From positions 9,606 through 73,605 of the forward strand of contig JBBQXY010000002.1 in assembly GCA_038209195.1 (NCBI GenBank): 64,000 bases of DNA. Reading direction: 5' to 3'. Of this stretch, positions 52,566 to 60,988 are shown piece after piece (the stretch's first letter is position 1; each line of letters begins with the position of its first letter). The notes under the pieces are model-generated. The model had not been told where the DNA came from. It saw only the letters and a list, made by a program, of their open reading frames with translations, and did not search any database. Source of the DNA: Ktedonobacterales bacterium (lineage in GTDB: Bacteria; Chloroflexota; Ktedonobacteria; Ktedonobacterales; Ktedonobacteraceae). The position numbers were made by a program, and so were the translations under genes.

Positions 52566-54293
52566 CTAGTGGTCACCCGTCACATCCCAGATTCTCGTAC
52601 CCCAGTTATCGACTAGATCTGATCCTCCCGGAGGTGGCCCAATGTACTCGGTTCCACTCCAGATGTCTAAGCCATTGGGATCGAGCTCAACCGCCGAGTA
52701 GTCTCCCCAGCGTGCCCGACCGGCAATGACGTCAGCGAAGCTGATGTGTGGCCCACTGCCGAGCGCAGCGGTCTGGACAGAGCCGAAGCTGTTGCTCGTC
52801 GACTTGCGCACGACGTAGGCCGCACTTGGGTTGATGGTGGGGCTGGTGATGGTGAAGGCCATCGCCGTCGTGCCCTCGGTCGTGTGCAGGATCGCCGGGT
52901 AGAGGAGGTAGGCTCCCGCGACGCCGATGTAGCCCTGGTTGGAAACGCGGGCATGCATCGGATCGAGGACAAACCAAGCCGCGCCGTCGCGCGCGGATGG
53001 ATCGCCCGAGATGTTTACAGCAGTGCTCAGCGACGCGTAGAGCTGTAGCCCACTTTTTTCGTCGTTGACGAGCTGTACTTGCTGCATGCGACTATCGTCC
53101 GGGTTCAAGAACGCCTCAGAAGTTTCAATACCAGAAACAGCACCAGTACCGGTGCTAGCTGCGGGCATTGGGAAGGCGTACGTCTCACTACCGATGATCC
53201 GCCCGGTGAGTGTGACCGTTCCATGACCAGAGGTGATGCCTGTATCGCCGCTCACCGACCAGAAGCCTAGCGTGTTGGCGATTGAGTTGTTGTTGCCAAA
53301 CTGGTCAAAGGGGAAGGAGTTGAGAAGGTACTCGTTGCTGCTACCGTTGCCAAACGCCGGCTGGAGCGTCAAAATGGGCACGCCGCCCAGACTGAGGAAA
53401 CCAAAGCTCACCGCATTCGGCGTAGCCCCTTGAGCAACCAACTGCGACTTGGAGATGGCGATCAGCAGTGCCCCGTTATAGGAGTTTCCGCAGAACTCAT
53501 CGGTGGAGATGTATAATGCATGGTTGTCGTAGCCAGTGTGCGGCTGGTCGCCAAAGCAGGTACCGCCGACCGAGGTATCGAACTGGTACGTCGTCGCCAA
53601 TCCGTTGCTGTTTACCACCAGCACATCGTCAAACGTGTCATTTCCACCAGTTGCAGTGCTAATCACTGTCATGTAGAAAGAGTGGGTCGACACGTCGTAG
53701 AAGCAGCGGGGATCGCTGAAGGCATTCGGATCCAAAAACCCTTGGGCCAAAGTGAAAGGCGGCTGCAGCAGGGTACCACCCGGACTGTAGATGCCGAATA
53801 TGCTGTTGACGACCTCGATCACGACCTTCTGCGAGCCTAAGTAGCCGACGCAGAGGCCTTGGTCTGGCGGTGTATCGTGGAAGCCAGCGATTAATTTATT
53901 CTGGGTATCGCTGAGCCCATCGAAATTGGACGCCAGTGTGCCCTCAGTCTTAGAGAAGGCCGAGCCGCTCACCAGCGGAGCACCGCTCGAGACAGCGTGG
54001 GAGCTATTGCTATTTTGCTTGCCTGGACTGCGGTAAGGAATGACCCGAAAATCATTCGACTGCGTTGTGGCGCTCGTATGCGTTCCTAAATCAAAGAAAT
54101 TCTGGGTTGTCCCTAATACCTTGGACTTGATAGTAGCGCCCTGATAGCTGGCAGTAACGCTAGTGGGAGGAGGAGATGCGGCATGGGAGGCAGTTCCACG
54201 GGCCGCGAGTGTCGCCATCAAGGTACCAACTACCGTGAGGATGGCGATGACCGAAAGCAGGATGCCTAATTTCGGACGGAAAGAGAAGCGCAT
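52566..54293 (-). CDS. secreted/membrane-anchored hypothetical protein (575 aa)
   Basis: It has an N-terminal signal-anchor (KLGILLSVIAILTVVGTLMATLAA), is Ser/Thr/Gly-rich, and has a C-terminal RWGDYS motif. It is visibly more G+C-rich than its flanks. Confidence 0.7.
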   Translation of the reverse strand: MRFSFRPKLGILLSVIAILTVVGTLMATLAARGTASHAASPPPTSVTASYQGATIKSKVLGTTQNFFDLGTHTSATTQSNDFRVIPYRSPGKQNSNSSHAVSSGAPLVSGSAFSKTEGTLASNFDGLSDTQNKLIAGFHDTPPDQGLCVGYLGSQKVVIEVVNSIFGIYSPGGTLLQPPFTLAQGFLDPNAFSDPRCFYDVSTHSFYMTVISTATGGNDTFDDVLVVNSNGLATTYQFDTSVGGTCFGDQPHTGYDNHALYISTDEFCGNSYNGALLIAISKSQLVAQGATPNAVSFGFLSLGGVPILTLQPAFGNGSSNEYLLNSFPFDQFGNNNSIANTLGFWSVSGDTGITSGHGTVTLTGRIIGSETYAFPMPAASTGTGAVSGIETSEAFLNPDDSRMQQVQLVNDEKSGLQLYASLSTAVNISGDPSARDGAAWFVLDPMHARVSNQGYIGVAGAYLLYPAILHTTEGTTAMAFTITSPTINPSAAYVVRKSTSNSFGSVQTAALGSGPHISFADVIAGRARWGDYSAVELDPNGLDIWSGTEYIGPPPGGSDLVDNWGTRIWDVTGDH

Positions 54294-54446
54294 TACATGG
54301 ACTCACTTTCAATAAAAATATTCATGAATCCACAAGAATGGATTCATTGGTATAGCCTTTGCTCGCAGGGTAATAGGGAATGGGCACTAGCGAAAGACTA
54401 TTGCCAGTCAAGTATAGAGGAAACAACTTCACGATGAAAGAGAGAA

Positions 54447-54534
54447 ATGGTTGTGATCTGGTTAATATATGGTTGCGATCTAGTCAATATATGGTTGCGA
54501 TTTGATCAAGATATGTTTGTATTTTGTTATCACC
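54447..54534. repeat. tandem 22-bp direct repeats (3 good copies + 1 degenerate)
   Basis: The copies in order are atggttgtgatctggttaatat, atggttgcgatctagtcaatat, atggttgcgatttgatcaagat and atgtttgtattttgttatcacc. Confidence 0.85.
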
Positions 54535-54696
54535 AGTTAAGGCTGGGCGATATCACAATCGGCTCTCTTATCTCGTCATCGGCGCATTTTTGGCTCAAAT
54601 TTCTTCTCTTTTACACGAGTTAATATGGTATAGTATGAGAAAGAATAGTACATCTTTTATAGCTTCATTGACGAGGTTAAGACAAGGACGAGGAAG

Positions 54697-54939
54697 ATGA
54701 ATACTTTTGATGCTCTCCATACGCTCTTTTTAGACGACCTTTTCGAATTGCAGCAGATTCAAAAGCGAAAGTGGCGTGTTCTACCTATGACCAGGGTTGT
54801 GAAAGAAGAACACCTGGGACGTTGCTGCTATCTAGCTGAAGAGTTTCTTAGTCCTGCCGAACTGAACATGCTCAAACAAAAGGTTGGACTTGATGAACGG
54901 CAATGGCACACCTATAAAGTAAAGATTTCTGGGCAATAG
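54697..54939 (+). CDS. hypothetical protein (80 aa)
   Basis: The ATG is preceded by GGACGAGGAAG. No motif was recognised. Confidence 0.45.
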   Translation: MNTFDALHTLFLDDLFELQQIQKRKWRVLPMTRVVKEEHLGRCCYLAEEFLSPAELNMLKQKVGLDERQWHTYKVKISGQ

Positions 54940-54958
54940 CTTTTTTAAGCGACAAGCC

Positions 54959-55933
54959 TCATGTGTTCTGGGCCTTGTTGTAAAGAGCATACCAGGTATC
55001 ATCATAGTAGGGTGAGAACATGTGTTTGGGCATCATACTACTGGTGAAGTCATTATGCCCATTGAGGTAGTAGTTGCCGTTAATCTTTATAAACCAAGGG
55101 CCACCACTGGAACCACCAGTCATATCACAGGGGATGGAGACAACTGTGCCGCCCCCGTGTTGCCAACTTTGGCCGGAAGGAGCCTCGCAGGTCTTTCTGG
55201 TTTGACCGTCGAAAGGATATCCTGCTGGATAGCCATACGCGTAGAACGGTTGATTGACTGGCTGATTATAGGCCCAACCTGCCCCTCCCACCACGTCGGT
55301 CAAGTTGCCTTGGCTGTTAGGCGCAACGATGGCTATGCCAAAGTCATGATGCAAATCATTGGGCTTGGCATTTATCCAGTCGGAAGGAACCTCCAAATCA
55401 CGAGCGGCCCAGCAGCCATAGGGTGTATTGCCGTTCTCGTACAGAGGGCAAAAGATCACGTTCTTCACCCAACCGCCATCCCAGTAGAGGCAGTGACCAG
55501 CGGTATCAACAGCACTATGGTTGAGACTGGCAACGGCAGTACCAGAACAGACGAAGTTTTGACCAGCACTGTTGGAAAAAAAGACTTTCCCCACAGTCGA
55601 GAGAGGGTAGGCTGGCTCCCCAGTGCTGGGAAGCTGCCCTTCTTGCTGCTTCCCAGCACTGGTGTCGAGGCTTACCTGTGTCAGATCGAAAGCAGGGCTC
55701 GTCTGCTGATCGACACCAATGGCATTGAGCATATTAGCTGGTGTCCAATGCTGAACGACAAGAGCAGGACTCGTATCCACCTGATGCTCAACGATCGTTG
55801 GCGCAAGAGCCGATACCGATGCGTACAGAAAATTGCCCATTGCGACCATGTATACCAGATACACAGCGGCAAGCGCGTAAAGAAGTATTCTGCCAACCAG
55901 CGGTAATTGGTTGAGTTTCAACTGTCGTGGCAT
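54959..55933 (-). CDS. secreted trypsin-like (S1 family) serine protease with N-terminal anchor/propeptide
   Basis: The catalytic triad contexts are His in DTAGHC, Asp in HDFGIAIV and Ser in TGGSSGGPWF. The N-terminal TM helix is LPLVGRILLYALAAVYLVYMVA. Confidence 0.85.
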   Translation of the reverse strand: MPRQLKLNQLPLVGRILLYALAAVYLVYMVAMGNFLYASVSALAPTIVEHQVDTSPALVVQHWTPANMLNAIGVDQQTSPAFDLTQVSLDTSAGKQQEGQLPSTGEPAYPLSTVGKVFFSNSAGQNFVCSGTAVASLNHSAVDTAGHCLYWDGGWVKNVIFCPLYENGNTPYGCWAARDLEVPSDWINAKPNDLHHDFGIAIVAPNSQGNLTDVVGGAGWAYNQPVNQPFYAYGYPAGYPFDGQTRKTCEAPSGQSWQHGGGTVVSIPCDMTGGSSGGPWFIKINGNYYLNGHNDFTSSMMPKHMFSPYYDDTWYALYNKAQNT

Positions 55934-55966
55934 CAGACCTCTCTCTTTCTTTCAGCAGAGTGTGGA

Positions 55967-56251
55967 CTAGACGCGAGGGCGGCGTGGTTGCCGTTTCCCT
56001 CGCTCAGGAGCTTTAATATTCGGGAGCTCGACAGGTTTGGCATTGCGCATTTTGTCCGCAGTCCAATACTTGAGAACCTCATCGGCTGATTTATCCACGG
56101 AGTGCTTCTCGATAGAGGCAGAAGTATCGCGTTTAGAAAAACGCTTCCATGCAAACAGGTACACACTGGCAAGCAAACACAGTAAGAGTACGCCAACCAG
56201 CGGCAATTGGATGAGTTTTTGTTGTCGTGACATCATGCCTCTCTCTTTCAT
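55967..56251 (-). pseudogene. N-terminal fragment of a paralogous S1 protease (anchor + propeptide only)
   Basis: RQQKLIQLPLVGVLLLCLLASVYL and IEKHSVDKSADEVLKYWTADKMRNA align with RQLKLNQLPLVGRILLYALAAVYL and VEHQVDTSPALVVQHWTPANMLNA of 54959..55933. No catalytic domain follows. Confidence 0.6.
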
Positions 56252-56367
56252 TCATTTTTCTCACTTCACTTTTTCAGAAGCAAGAGTATGTTTTCCTCTA
56301 CAGAGTATATCACATGCGTTAATAGTAAGTAGCATGGTAACTCCCCTTGACAAAATGACAAGCCCAC

Positions 56368-56396
56368 TTGACAAAAATAAAACTATGCTTTATACT
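56368..56396 (+). promoter_or_regulatory. near-consensus sigma-70 promoter
   Basis: TTGACA (56368-56373), a 17-nt spacer, then TATACT (56391-56396). It lies upstream of the membrane-protein/XRE operon. Confidence 0.6.
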
Positions 56397-56398
56397 AT

Positions 56399-56430
56399 GA
56401 CAAGTGTACTTGATATTAAGACAAGTGTAC
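56399..56430 (+). promoter_or_regulatory. candidate operator: two GACAAGTGTAC direct repeats 21 bp apart, first within inverted repeat CAAGT-GT-ACTTG
   Basis: The repeats lie at 56399-56409 and 56420-56430, immediately downstream of the -10 element. A third TGACAAG is at 56355. Confidence 0.5.
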
Positions 56431-56489
56431 GTAGCAGAAAAAAGATGTACTGAGTTGGTATACGTGCATACCGAAGAAAGAAGTGACGA

Positions 56490-56879
56490 ATGATGAGCAA
56501 ATCCGCAGAAAGACTGTACTTGAAAGAATTTGGGGCCGCGATGACGGCCTACGTGATCCTGGTGATAGTTTCAACTACGTTGATCAATATCAGCCCAAGT
56601 TCAGCATGGTGGCGCATTCCACTGGCATTGACTCCGATTATACCGGCGATTTTCGCCATGATCGCCTATATGCGCTTCGTGGGGCGGGTAGATGAACTGC
56701 AACGGCGCATCCAATTCGAGGGATTGGCTTTTGGCTTTGGCAGTGCTGGTATCCTTACCTTCACCTATGGTTTCCTAGAAAATGTTGGATTCCCGCATAT
56801 TAGTTGGCTTATCGTCTTTCCATTGATGATCGCGCTCTGGGGCATCGGCGTTGCCCTCGCTTCATGGAGATACCGATGA
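56490..56879 (+). CDS. small integral membrane protein (4 TM)
   Basis: The 129-aa protein has four hydrophobic helices. Its stop overlaps the start of the XRE regulator (ATGA). Confidence 0.7.
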   Translation: MMSKSAERLYLKEFGAAMTAYVILVIVSTTLINISPSSAWWRIPLALTPIIPAIFAMIAYMRFVGRVDELQRRIQFEGLAFGFGSAGILTFTYGFLENVGFPHISWLIVFPLMIALWGIGVALASWRYR

Positions 56880-57094
56880 ACAACAAGCTGAAAGTGCTCA
56901 GGGCGATGCGCAACTGGTCACAGGCTGACCTTGCCGAACGCTTGGATGTCTCGCGACAGACAGTCAATGCACTGGAAACGGGCAAATACGATCCAAGCCT
57001 GCCGCTGGCTTTCAAGATCGCCCGCCTCTTCCAGATGCCCGTCGAAGAAATTTTTGCAGCAGAACCAGAACAAACAAACCGAAAGGTTGAATAA
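56876..57094 (+). CDS. XRE-family helix-turn-helix regulator (YozG-like, 72 aa)
   Basis: The HTH core is LKVLRAMRNWSQADLAERLDVSRQTVNALETGKYDPSLPLAFKIARLF. The start is at ATG 56876. The ORF track starts at 56804. Confidence 0.85.
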   Translation: MNNKLKVLRAMRNWSQADLAERLDVSRQTVNALETGKYDPSLPLAFKIARLFQMPVEEIFAAEPEQTNRKVE

Positions 57095-57157
57095 CGAGCT
57101 ATGCATCTTCTCTCATCGTGCTATATACTATGAAGTATGAGAAAGGAGCATACTTCT

Positions 57158-57763
57158 ATGCCTGTACAAATTGATGTCTGGTCTGACTTTGTTTGACCGT
57201 TCTGTTTTTTAGTAGCCTCCAGTTTGGAGAAGCTTCAAGAAACATATGATCTCGCCATTACGTGGCGTTCGTTCCAACTACGTCCCGCTGGTTCTCCACC
57301 GATACCGCCTGAATATCGCGCTAGAATAGAGGCCTCACGTCCCCGTTTTGCCGAACGAGTGCAGCAGGAACTTGGTCTCACGTTGAATGCTGGCCCCTTT
57401 GAGATTGATAGTCGTCCTTCGCTGATCCTCGAGAAATTTTTCGAGGCGCAGGGTAAGGGTGAAGAGGGTCACAAAGCAATCCAAGACGCTTACTGGCTGC
57501 AAGGCCGAGCGATAGATAAACCAGCAGTGCTCAAAGAGCTTGTGCAAGAGGTTGGTCTACCAACCGACAATATCGATGACGTATTGGACAGTTCCGTGTA
57601 TGACGCGGAAGTGTCGGCTGATATCGATCTAGCACAGCAATACGGGCTGGACGCTGTTCCCGCGCTGGTTTTCAACAATAGATACCTGGTGTCGGGCGCA
57701 CAACCATACGATGTATTGCGCAAGGTGGTAGAAAAGGTGCAAGCTGAGGAAGCGGCAACATAA
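57158..57763 (+). CDS. DsbA/FrnE-family thiol oxidoreductase with in-frame TGA at the first Cys of CxxC (selenocysteine candidate, or nonsense pseudogene)
   Basis: AAGGAG (57143-57148) lies 9 nt before ATG 57158. The frame reads MPVQIDVWSDFV-TGA(57194-57196)-PFCFLVASSLEKLQ and is continuous with track ORF 57224..57763. Confidence 0.7.
57215..57233 (+). other. small hairpin downstream of the in-frame TGA (possible bacterial SECIS apical stem-loop)
   Basis: In gcCTCCAgttTGGAGaagc, a 5-bp stem carries a G/U-containing loop. The loop G lies 28 nt from the UGA. The structure is weak. Confidence 0.3.
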
Positions 57764-57790
57764 TACCTACAACCAAGCGAGTTAACAAAT

Positions 57791-57830
57791 AGGAATAGAT
57801 TCTTCGGCTGCGGCCTCAGAATGACAATTG
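57791..57830 (-). repeat. half-element of the GTCATTCTGAG repeat superfamily
   Basis: aggaatagattcttcggctgcggcctcagaatgacaat is the reverse complement of GTCATTCTGAGGCCGCAGCCGAAGAATCT. It is identical to the copy at 63717. Confidence 0.8.
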
Positions 57831-57876
57831 AAAAGAAGAGGTCGCCTATTTGTTCACTCGCTTACATTACAGGCAA

Positions 57877-59238
57877 TTACGAACGAATAAAGGCCAGCAG
57901 TTCGTCGCGTTTCTGTTCCATCAAAGCTTGGCTATTGGCTTCGACATTGAGGCGGAGCAGAGGCTCGGTATTGGAGGAACGCACATTAAACCACCAGTCG
58001 CCAAAGTCAATCGTGAGCCCATCCAGATGGTCAACAGACAGTGAGCCTGTCTTGAAGTGTTCTTCCAGGGCCTTTAGCTTCCCTTGCGCATCATTAACGG
58101 TGCTATTGATTTCACCGCTACGCACGCCTTGATCCAGGGGTTTGAGGATTTCTGAGAACGGTTTTCCCTCGACCGAAACCAGTTCCAGGATAATTAAGAA
58201 GGCAATCAGGCCGGAGTCGGCGAACCAGTTGTCACGGAAGTAGAAGTGACCAGAGTGTTCGCCGCCGAAAATGCCGTTGTCCTTGCGCATCTCAGCCTTA
58301 ATAAACGAGTGCCCGACGCGAGTACGTATCGCTTTGCCGCCTAGGGATTGCACCAAGGCAGGGACACTCTTGGAGACAATGAGGTTATAAAGAATCGTGG
58401 AACCAGGGGATTTGTGTAGGAGGCTATTGGATACAGCTTCAATGACCTTAGAGCCATCGACCAAGTCGCCGTGTTCATCGACGGGGAACATGCGATCGGC
58501 ATCGCCATCGAAGGCTGCACCCAGGTCGGCATGGACTTCACGCGCCTTCTTCTGTAGATCAGCCATGTTCTCTGGCTCAATCGGGCTAGCCGGGTGATTG
58601 GGAAAAGTACCGTCCAGTTCAAAATACAGTGGGACCAGTTCGCAAGGCAGATGCTTGAACACGTAGGGCATAATCATACCAGCCATGCCATTGCCAGCGT
58701 CAATCACGACTTTGAGCGGTCGAATCTTGCTCACATCGATGAACGACAGGGCGTGTTGCACATAGGCATCGGTGATGTCGTGCTTGATGATCCGTCCCTT
58801 GGCGGCAGGTTCGCTGAAATTGCCGCTGATGGCGAGATCGCGAATATCGGAGAGGCCAGTTTCCTGGCTGACGGGAAATGCCTGCGCGCGGCAGAATTTC
58901 ATACCGTTGTCTCTGCCAGGGTTGTGAGAGGCGGTAATCATCACACCAGCAGCATAGTTGAACTTGCCGACGGCGAAATAGAGGCCATCGGTGGTGGTCA
59001 TGCCCAGTTCGATAGCGTTGGCGCCATTATCGGTGATACCGCGCATCATAGCGGCGGCCAACTGCGGTGAGGAGACGCGCATGTCACGACCTACCGCGAT
59101 CTCCGGCACGTTCAAATACTGGGCGGCTGCACGCCCGATACGATAGGCGACCTCGTCGGTCAGGTTCTGACCATAGATGCCGCGGATATCGTAGGCCTTA
59201 AATAGCTTGGGATCAACGGTTACATTGGATTGTGTCAT
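57877..59238 (-). CDS. phosphomannomutase/phosphoglucomutase (alpha-D-phosphohexomutase)
   Basis: It has the phosphoserine loop (TASHNPGRDNG), the Mg site (FDGDADR) and the sugar loop (GEHSGH). I placed the start at ATG 59238. The ORF track extends to 59262. Confidence 0.9.
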   Translation of the reverse strand: MTQSNVTVDPKLFKAYDIRGIYGQNLTDEVAYRIGRAAAQYLNVPEIAVGRDMRVSSPQLAAAMMRGITDNGANAIELGMTTTDGLYFAVGKFNYAAGVMITASHNPGRDNGMKFCRAQAFPVSQETGLSDIRDLAISGNFSEPAAKGRIIKHDITDAYVQHALSFIDVSKIRPLKVVIDAGNGMAGMIMPYVFKHLPCELVPLYFELDGTFPNHPASPIEPENMADLQKKAREVHADLGAAFDGDADRMFPVDEHGDLVDGSKVIEAVSNSLLHKSPGSTILYNLIVSKSVPALVQSLGGKAIRTRVGHSFIKAEMRKDNGIFGGEHSGHFYFRDNWFADSGLIAFLIILELVSVEGKPFSEILKPLDQGVRSGEINSTVNDAQGKLKALEEHFKTGSLSVDHLDGLTIDFGDWWFNVRSSNTEPLLRLNVEANSQALMEQKRDELLAFIRS

Positions 59239-59246
59239 TTTGTAGG

Positions 59247-59810
59247 CTACCTCTTCTTCCAAATTTCTAAAAGTATCCAGGGTTCGCCTGAACTACGGGG
59301 GTCAAAAATCTGGCCGACCTCGACAAAGTTGGCTTTGACGAAAGCGCGGCGTGCGGGAAGATTCGCTTTAGCGGTCTCGGCGTAGATGCGCGCCAGTCCA
59401 GTCGTGGAGAAGAGGTGGTATACGAGTGCGCGAATGGCTTCCGAGCCATAGCCTCTTCCCCAGCGCGTCTTTTCGCCCAGTCCCAATCCAATTTCGACTT
59501 GCCCAAGACGATAATCAATATTAAAATACGTGATAGTGCCGATAGGAATATGTTTTTCGTCTTCGATGATGAACCAGAATTGTCGCCCGTTGCCGTGAAC
59601 ATAGTTACGGTCAAAAATGGGCAAGAACTCGGACATGTTATCCGAATAGGGGCGATGCGGATCGTAACGCCAGACCTCGTCATCGCGTTCCCAATGGAAA
59701 ACTTTCGCGGCATCGTCCATCGTGGGGCGGCGGAGAAAAACTCTTTCACCATGTATAGGCATGCCTCCTTGCGGATGTCCCGCGGGATTATTACGTTGTG
59801 TTTCTGTCAT
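59247..59810 (-). CDS. GNAT-family N-acetyltransferase (RimJ/RimL-like)
   Basis: It is 187 aa. The acetyl-CoA motif region is WGRGYGSEAIRALVYHLF. The gene overlaps the deoB stop by 4 nt. Confidence 0.8.
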   Translation of the reverse strand: MTETQRNNPAGHPQGGMPIHGERVFLRRPTMDDAAKVFHWERDDEVWRYDPHRPYSDNMSEFLPIFDRNYVHGNGRQFWFIIEDEKHIPIGTITYFNIDYRLGQVEIGLGLGEKTRWGRGYGSEAIRALVYHLFSTTGLARIYAETAKANLPARRAFVKANFVEVGQIFDPRSSGEPWILLEIWKKR

Positions 59811-60988
59811 AATAGCCCTATCTCGTGTGCAAAACTCGTACCAGCCGCCAGTTGTCCAACGGCGAAAGCAGCGGCCAATGTCTGACCCAGATCAGCATAG
59901 GTAGAACGAACGCCTAGATTGACACCTGCTCGCACAGGTTCGCCATAGGCCAGCAATGGCACCTGTTCGCGGGTATGATCTGTCCCGCGATAGGTGGGAT
60001 CGACGCCATGATCGGCAGTAAAAAAGAGCGCGTCCTCCGGTCGCATGGCTTTTTGCACGTCAACAAGCCATGCATCTACTGCGCGCAGTGCTTGTGCATA
60101 CCCTGCACTATCGCGGCGGTGTCCCCACAGCATATCAAATTCTACCAGATTGACAAAGAGTAAGCCAGTAAAATCTTGCCGAAGGTAGTGCAGGGTAGCT
60201 GCCATACCAGCACTATTGGTTTCGGTATGATCGCGCTGGGTCAGACCGCGCCCGGCGAAGAGGTCTTCAATTTTCCCGATGCCGATGACATCTTTGCCGT
60301 GCTCCTTTAATAGATCGAGGAGCGTGACGCCGAGCGGTTCGAGTGAGAAATCGCGGCGGTGTTCGGTGCGCGTAAAGTGGCCCGGCGTGCCGATAAAAGG
60401 ACGGGCAATGACGCGTCCAACAGCGTGATCTCCTGTCAGCATATTACGCGCAAGCTGGCACATATGGTACAGCTCTGACAAGGGAATAATATCCTGGTGC
60501 GCGGCAATCTGGAAAACACTATCAGCGGAGGTATAGATGATAGGGCTACCCGTACGCATGTGTTCTTCGCCCAGTTCCTTGATAATCTCGGTGCCAGAGG
60601 CAACCTGGTTGCCAATGACTTTGCGACCAATGGCCTGTTCAAAGGCTGCCACTACATCCGCGGGAAAGCCATGCGGGTATGTGGGCAGTGCGTTGTGCAA
60701 AACGACGCCCATCATTTCCCAATGTCCGGTCGTACTATCTTTGCCGGCTGCCAACTCAATCATGCGCCCATAGGCTCCGCTAGCGGCATCCGTTGGGGAT
60801 GTTCCCAGAATAGGGGTGATATTTCCCAGGCCGAGGCTACCCAGGTGGGGCAACGCCAGGCCACCAACAGCCTGTGCGCAGTGCTCAAGCGAACTGGCAC
60901 CATCATCGCCATAGGCGTGTGCGTCAGGGTTAGCTCCCGCGCCAACGCCGTCCAAGACGACAACAATAGCTCGTTTCAGTGCCGTCAT
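59807..60988 (-). CDS. deoB: phosphopentomutase
   Basis: The N-terminus is RAIVVVLDGVGAG. The length of ~393 aa from ATG 60988 fits the family, and there is an ATGA overlap with the pfk stop. The ORF-track extension to 61165 overlaps pfk. Confidence 0.9.
   Translation of the reverse strand: MTALKRAIVVVLDGVGAGANPDAHAYGDDGASSLEHCAQAVGGLALPHLGSLGLGNITPILGTSPTDAASGAYGRMIELAAGKDSTTGHWEMMGVVLHNALPTYPHGFPADVVAAFEQAIGRKVIGNQVASGTEIIKELGEEHMRTGSPIIYTSADSVFQIAAHQDIIPLSELYHMCQLARNMLTGDHAVGRVIARPFIGTPGHFTRTEHRRDFSLEPLGVTLLDLLKEHGKDVIGIGKIEDLFAGRGLTQRDHTETNSAGMAATLHYLRQDFTGLLFVNLVEFDMLWGHRRDSAGYAQALRAVDAWLVDVQKAMRPEDALFFTADHGVDPTYRGTDHTREQVPLLAYGEPVRAGVNLGVRSTYADLGQTLAAAFAVGQLAAGTSFAHEIGLL

Noticed and set aside
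54447-54534. CRISPR array
   Set aside because: The 22-bp units are directly adjacent with no spacers and are not palindromic. No cas genes lie nearby. I classified them as a tandem repeat.
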